In this document: piece after piece, positions 63,456 to 64,000 of the stretch
How the letters are laid out: every line of letters starts with the position of its first letter
How positions within the stretch are numbered: the first letter of the stretch is position 1
Assembly: GCA_042576225.1 (NCBI GenBank)
Contig: JBHPCA010000002.1
Coordinates: 529-64,528, forward strand
Length of the DNA: 64,000 nt
Direction: 5' to 3'
Source of the DNA: Candidatus Babelota bacterium
GTDB taxonomy: Bacteria > Babelota > Babeliae > Babelales > Vermiphilaceae
Position numbers and translations under genes: made by a program
Notes under the pieces: generated by a model
Told to the model about the DNA's origin: nothing
Database searches by the model: none
What the model saw: only the letters and a program-made list of their open reading frames with translations

Positions 63456-63483
63456 AACGTACAAGTTTATTGGTTTGCAATAT
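63456..63483. repeat. 28-nt direct repeat, copy 1
   Basis: aacgtacaagtttattggtttgcaatat is identical at 63643-63670. Confidence 0.85.
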
Positions 63484-63510
63484 ATAAGTTCATGATTTTC
63501 ACCAGAGAAA

Positions 63511-63567
63511 CTGGTCCCCCTACGCTCTTTCAGAGCTACGGAGGACAATCTACGCTTTAGCGTAGAT
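63511..63567. repeat. GC-rich dispersed repeat element, copy C, plus 9-bp-stem hairpin
   Basis: Shares the gagctacggaggacaa core with copy B. The hairpin aatctacgc-ttta-gcgtagatt (63547-63568) abuts the tRNA-like fragment. Confidence 0.45.
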
Positions 63568-63643
63568 TGGAGCTGGCGATCGGACTTGAACCGCCCTTCG
63601 TCACGCTGCTTTGCAGCTGCTCAGGATGCTCGGGAGCTTCCTA
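63568..63643 (-). pseudogene. decayed tRNA-Thr-like copy
   Basis: tggagctggcgatcggacttgaaccg (63568-63593) matches the 3' end of tRNA-Thr(TGT) at 63732-63757 with 1 mismatch. The rest keeps D-arm-like gctc...gagc and an anticodon stem gctgc/gcagc with only a 3-nt loop. There is no matching 5' acceptor strand. Confidence 0.5.
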
Positions 63644-63670
63644 ACGTACAAGTTTATTGGTTTGCAATAT
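63643..63670. repeat. 28-nt direct repeat, copy 2
   Basis: Identical to 63456-63483, spaced 187 nt away. Confidence 0.85.
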
Positions 63671-63731
63671 TATTTTTTAGAAATCCATTAAAAAATTGGC
63701 TTGCCAGCCGAAGCTCCGAAGGAGCGAAGGC

Positions 63732-63807
63732 TGGAGCTGGCGATCGGATTTGAACCGATGACCTGCTGATTACAAATCAGCTGCTCTACCAACTGAGCTA
63801 CGCCAGC
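63732..63807 (-). tRNA. tRNA-Thr (anticodon TGT), CCA encoded
   Basis: GCTGGCG-TA-GCTC-AGTTGGTA-GAGC-A-GCTGA-TTTGTAA-TCAGC-AGGTC-ATCGG-TTCAAAT-CCGAT-CGCCAGC-T-CCA. Confidence 0.88.
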
Positions 63808-63842
63808 AAAAACGAATATTTCAGAGCTCTATCGCTCGATAA

Positions 63843-63918
63843 TGGAGCGGGAAACGGGACTCGAACCCGCAACCTACAGCTTGGAAGGCTGTCGCTCTAC
63901 CAATTGAGCTATTCCCGC
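63843..63918 (-). tRNA. tRNA-Gly (anticodon TCC), CCA encoded
   Basis: GCGGGAA-TA-GCTC-AATTGGTA-GAGC-G-ACAGC-CTTCCAA-GCTGT-AGGTT-GCGGG-TTCGAGT-CCCGT-TTCCCGC-T-CCA. Confidence 0.88.
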
Positions 63919-64000
63919 ACTCACACTCACTTTTCTCACATTTTTCGCATATTCATCTAACTACTTTGGCGAAGATGGCTTGCCATCCGTAGCCTTGGCG

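Noticed and set aside
63568-63643. A functional tRNA, or the tRNA-like 3' domain of tmRNA.
   Set aside because: The T-stem pairs poorly (GGCGG vs CCGAT), the anticodon loop has only 3 nt and there is no complementary 5' acceptor strand. A tmRNA body would collide with the neighbouring tRNA genes. Called a pseudogene instead.

Overview
This is an AT-rich bacterial window. All calls come from reading the sequence and ORF translations by eye, with no BLAST, HMM or folding run, and start codons are often uncertain.

The flanks are housekeeping genes. On the left are pepP-like, recR, yidC, murC, the rpsP-KH-trmD-rplS block, ffh and hflX. On the right are trpS, a cdaA-like/ybbR/glmM trio, rph, pnp, rpsO, tRNA-Val, rpoC and rpoB, rplL/J/A/K, nusG, secE, tRNA-Trp, rpmG and a tRNA cluster.

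Between about 12.5 and 41.8 kb lies an accessory stretch in which almost every product starts with a signal peptide or membrane anchor:
- four tandem TPR plus GT9-like glycosyltransferase paralogs (13.1-20.2 kb)
- a convergent tandem array of five Cys-rich parallel beta-helix proteins with an embedded beta-propeller (20.3-31.9 kb)
- a PKPP/Cys-repeat protein whose DUF6165-like module also ends the first glycosyltransferase
- an ankyrin-repeat protein, a PcrA/UvrD helicase, a BepA-like M48 peptidase and a Sel1/MYND zinc-finger protein

The eukaryote-like domains suggest a host-associated, possibly Dependentiae/TM6-like, organism; this is inference.

The best candidate for an undescribed system is the glycosyltransferase cluster, the beta-helix/propeller array and the DUF6165 module taken as one island.

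Other oddities:
- a TrmD-SPOUT fusion
- a CdaA homolog that looks catalytically dead
- a Cys-rich insertion in RpoB
- tRNA-derived GC-rich repeat debris
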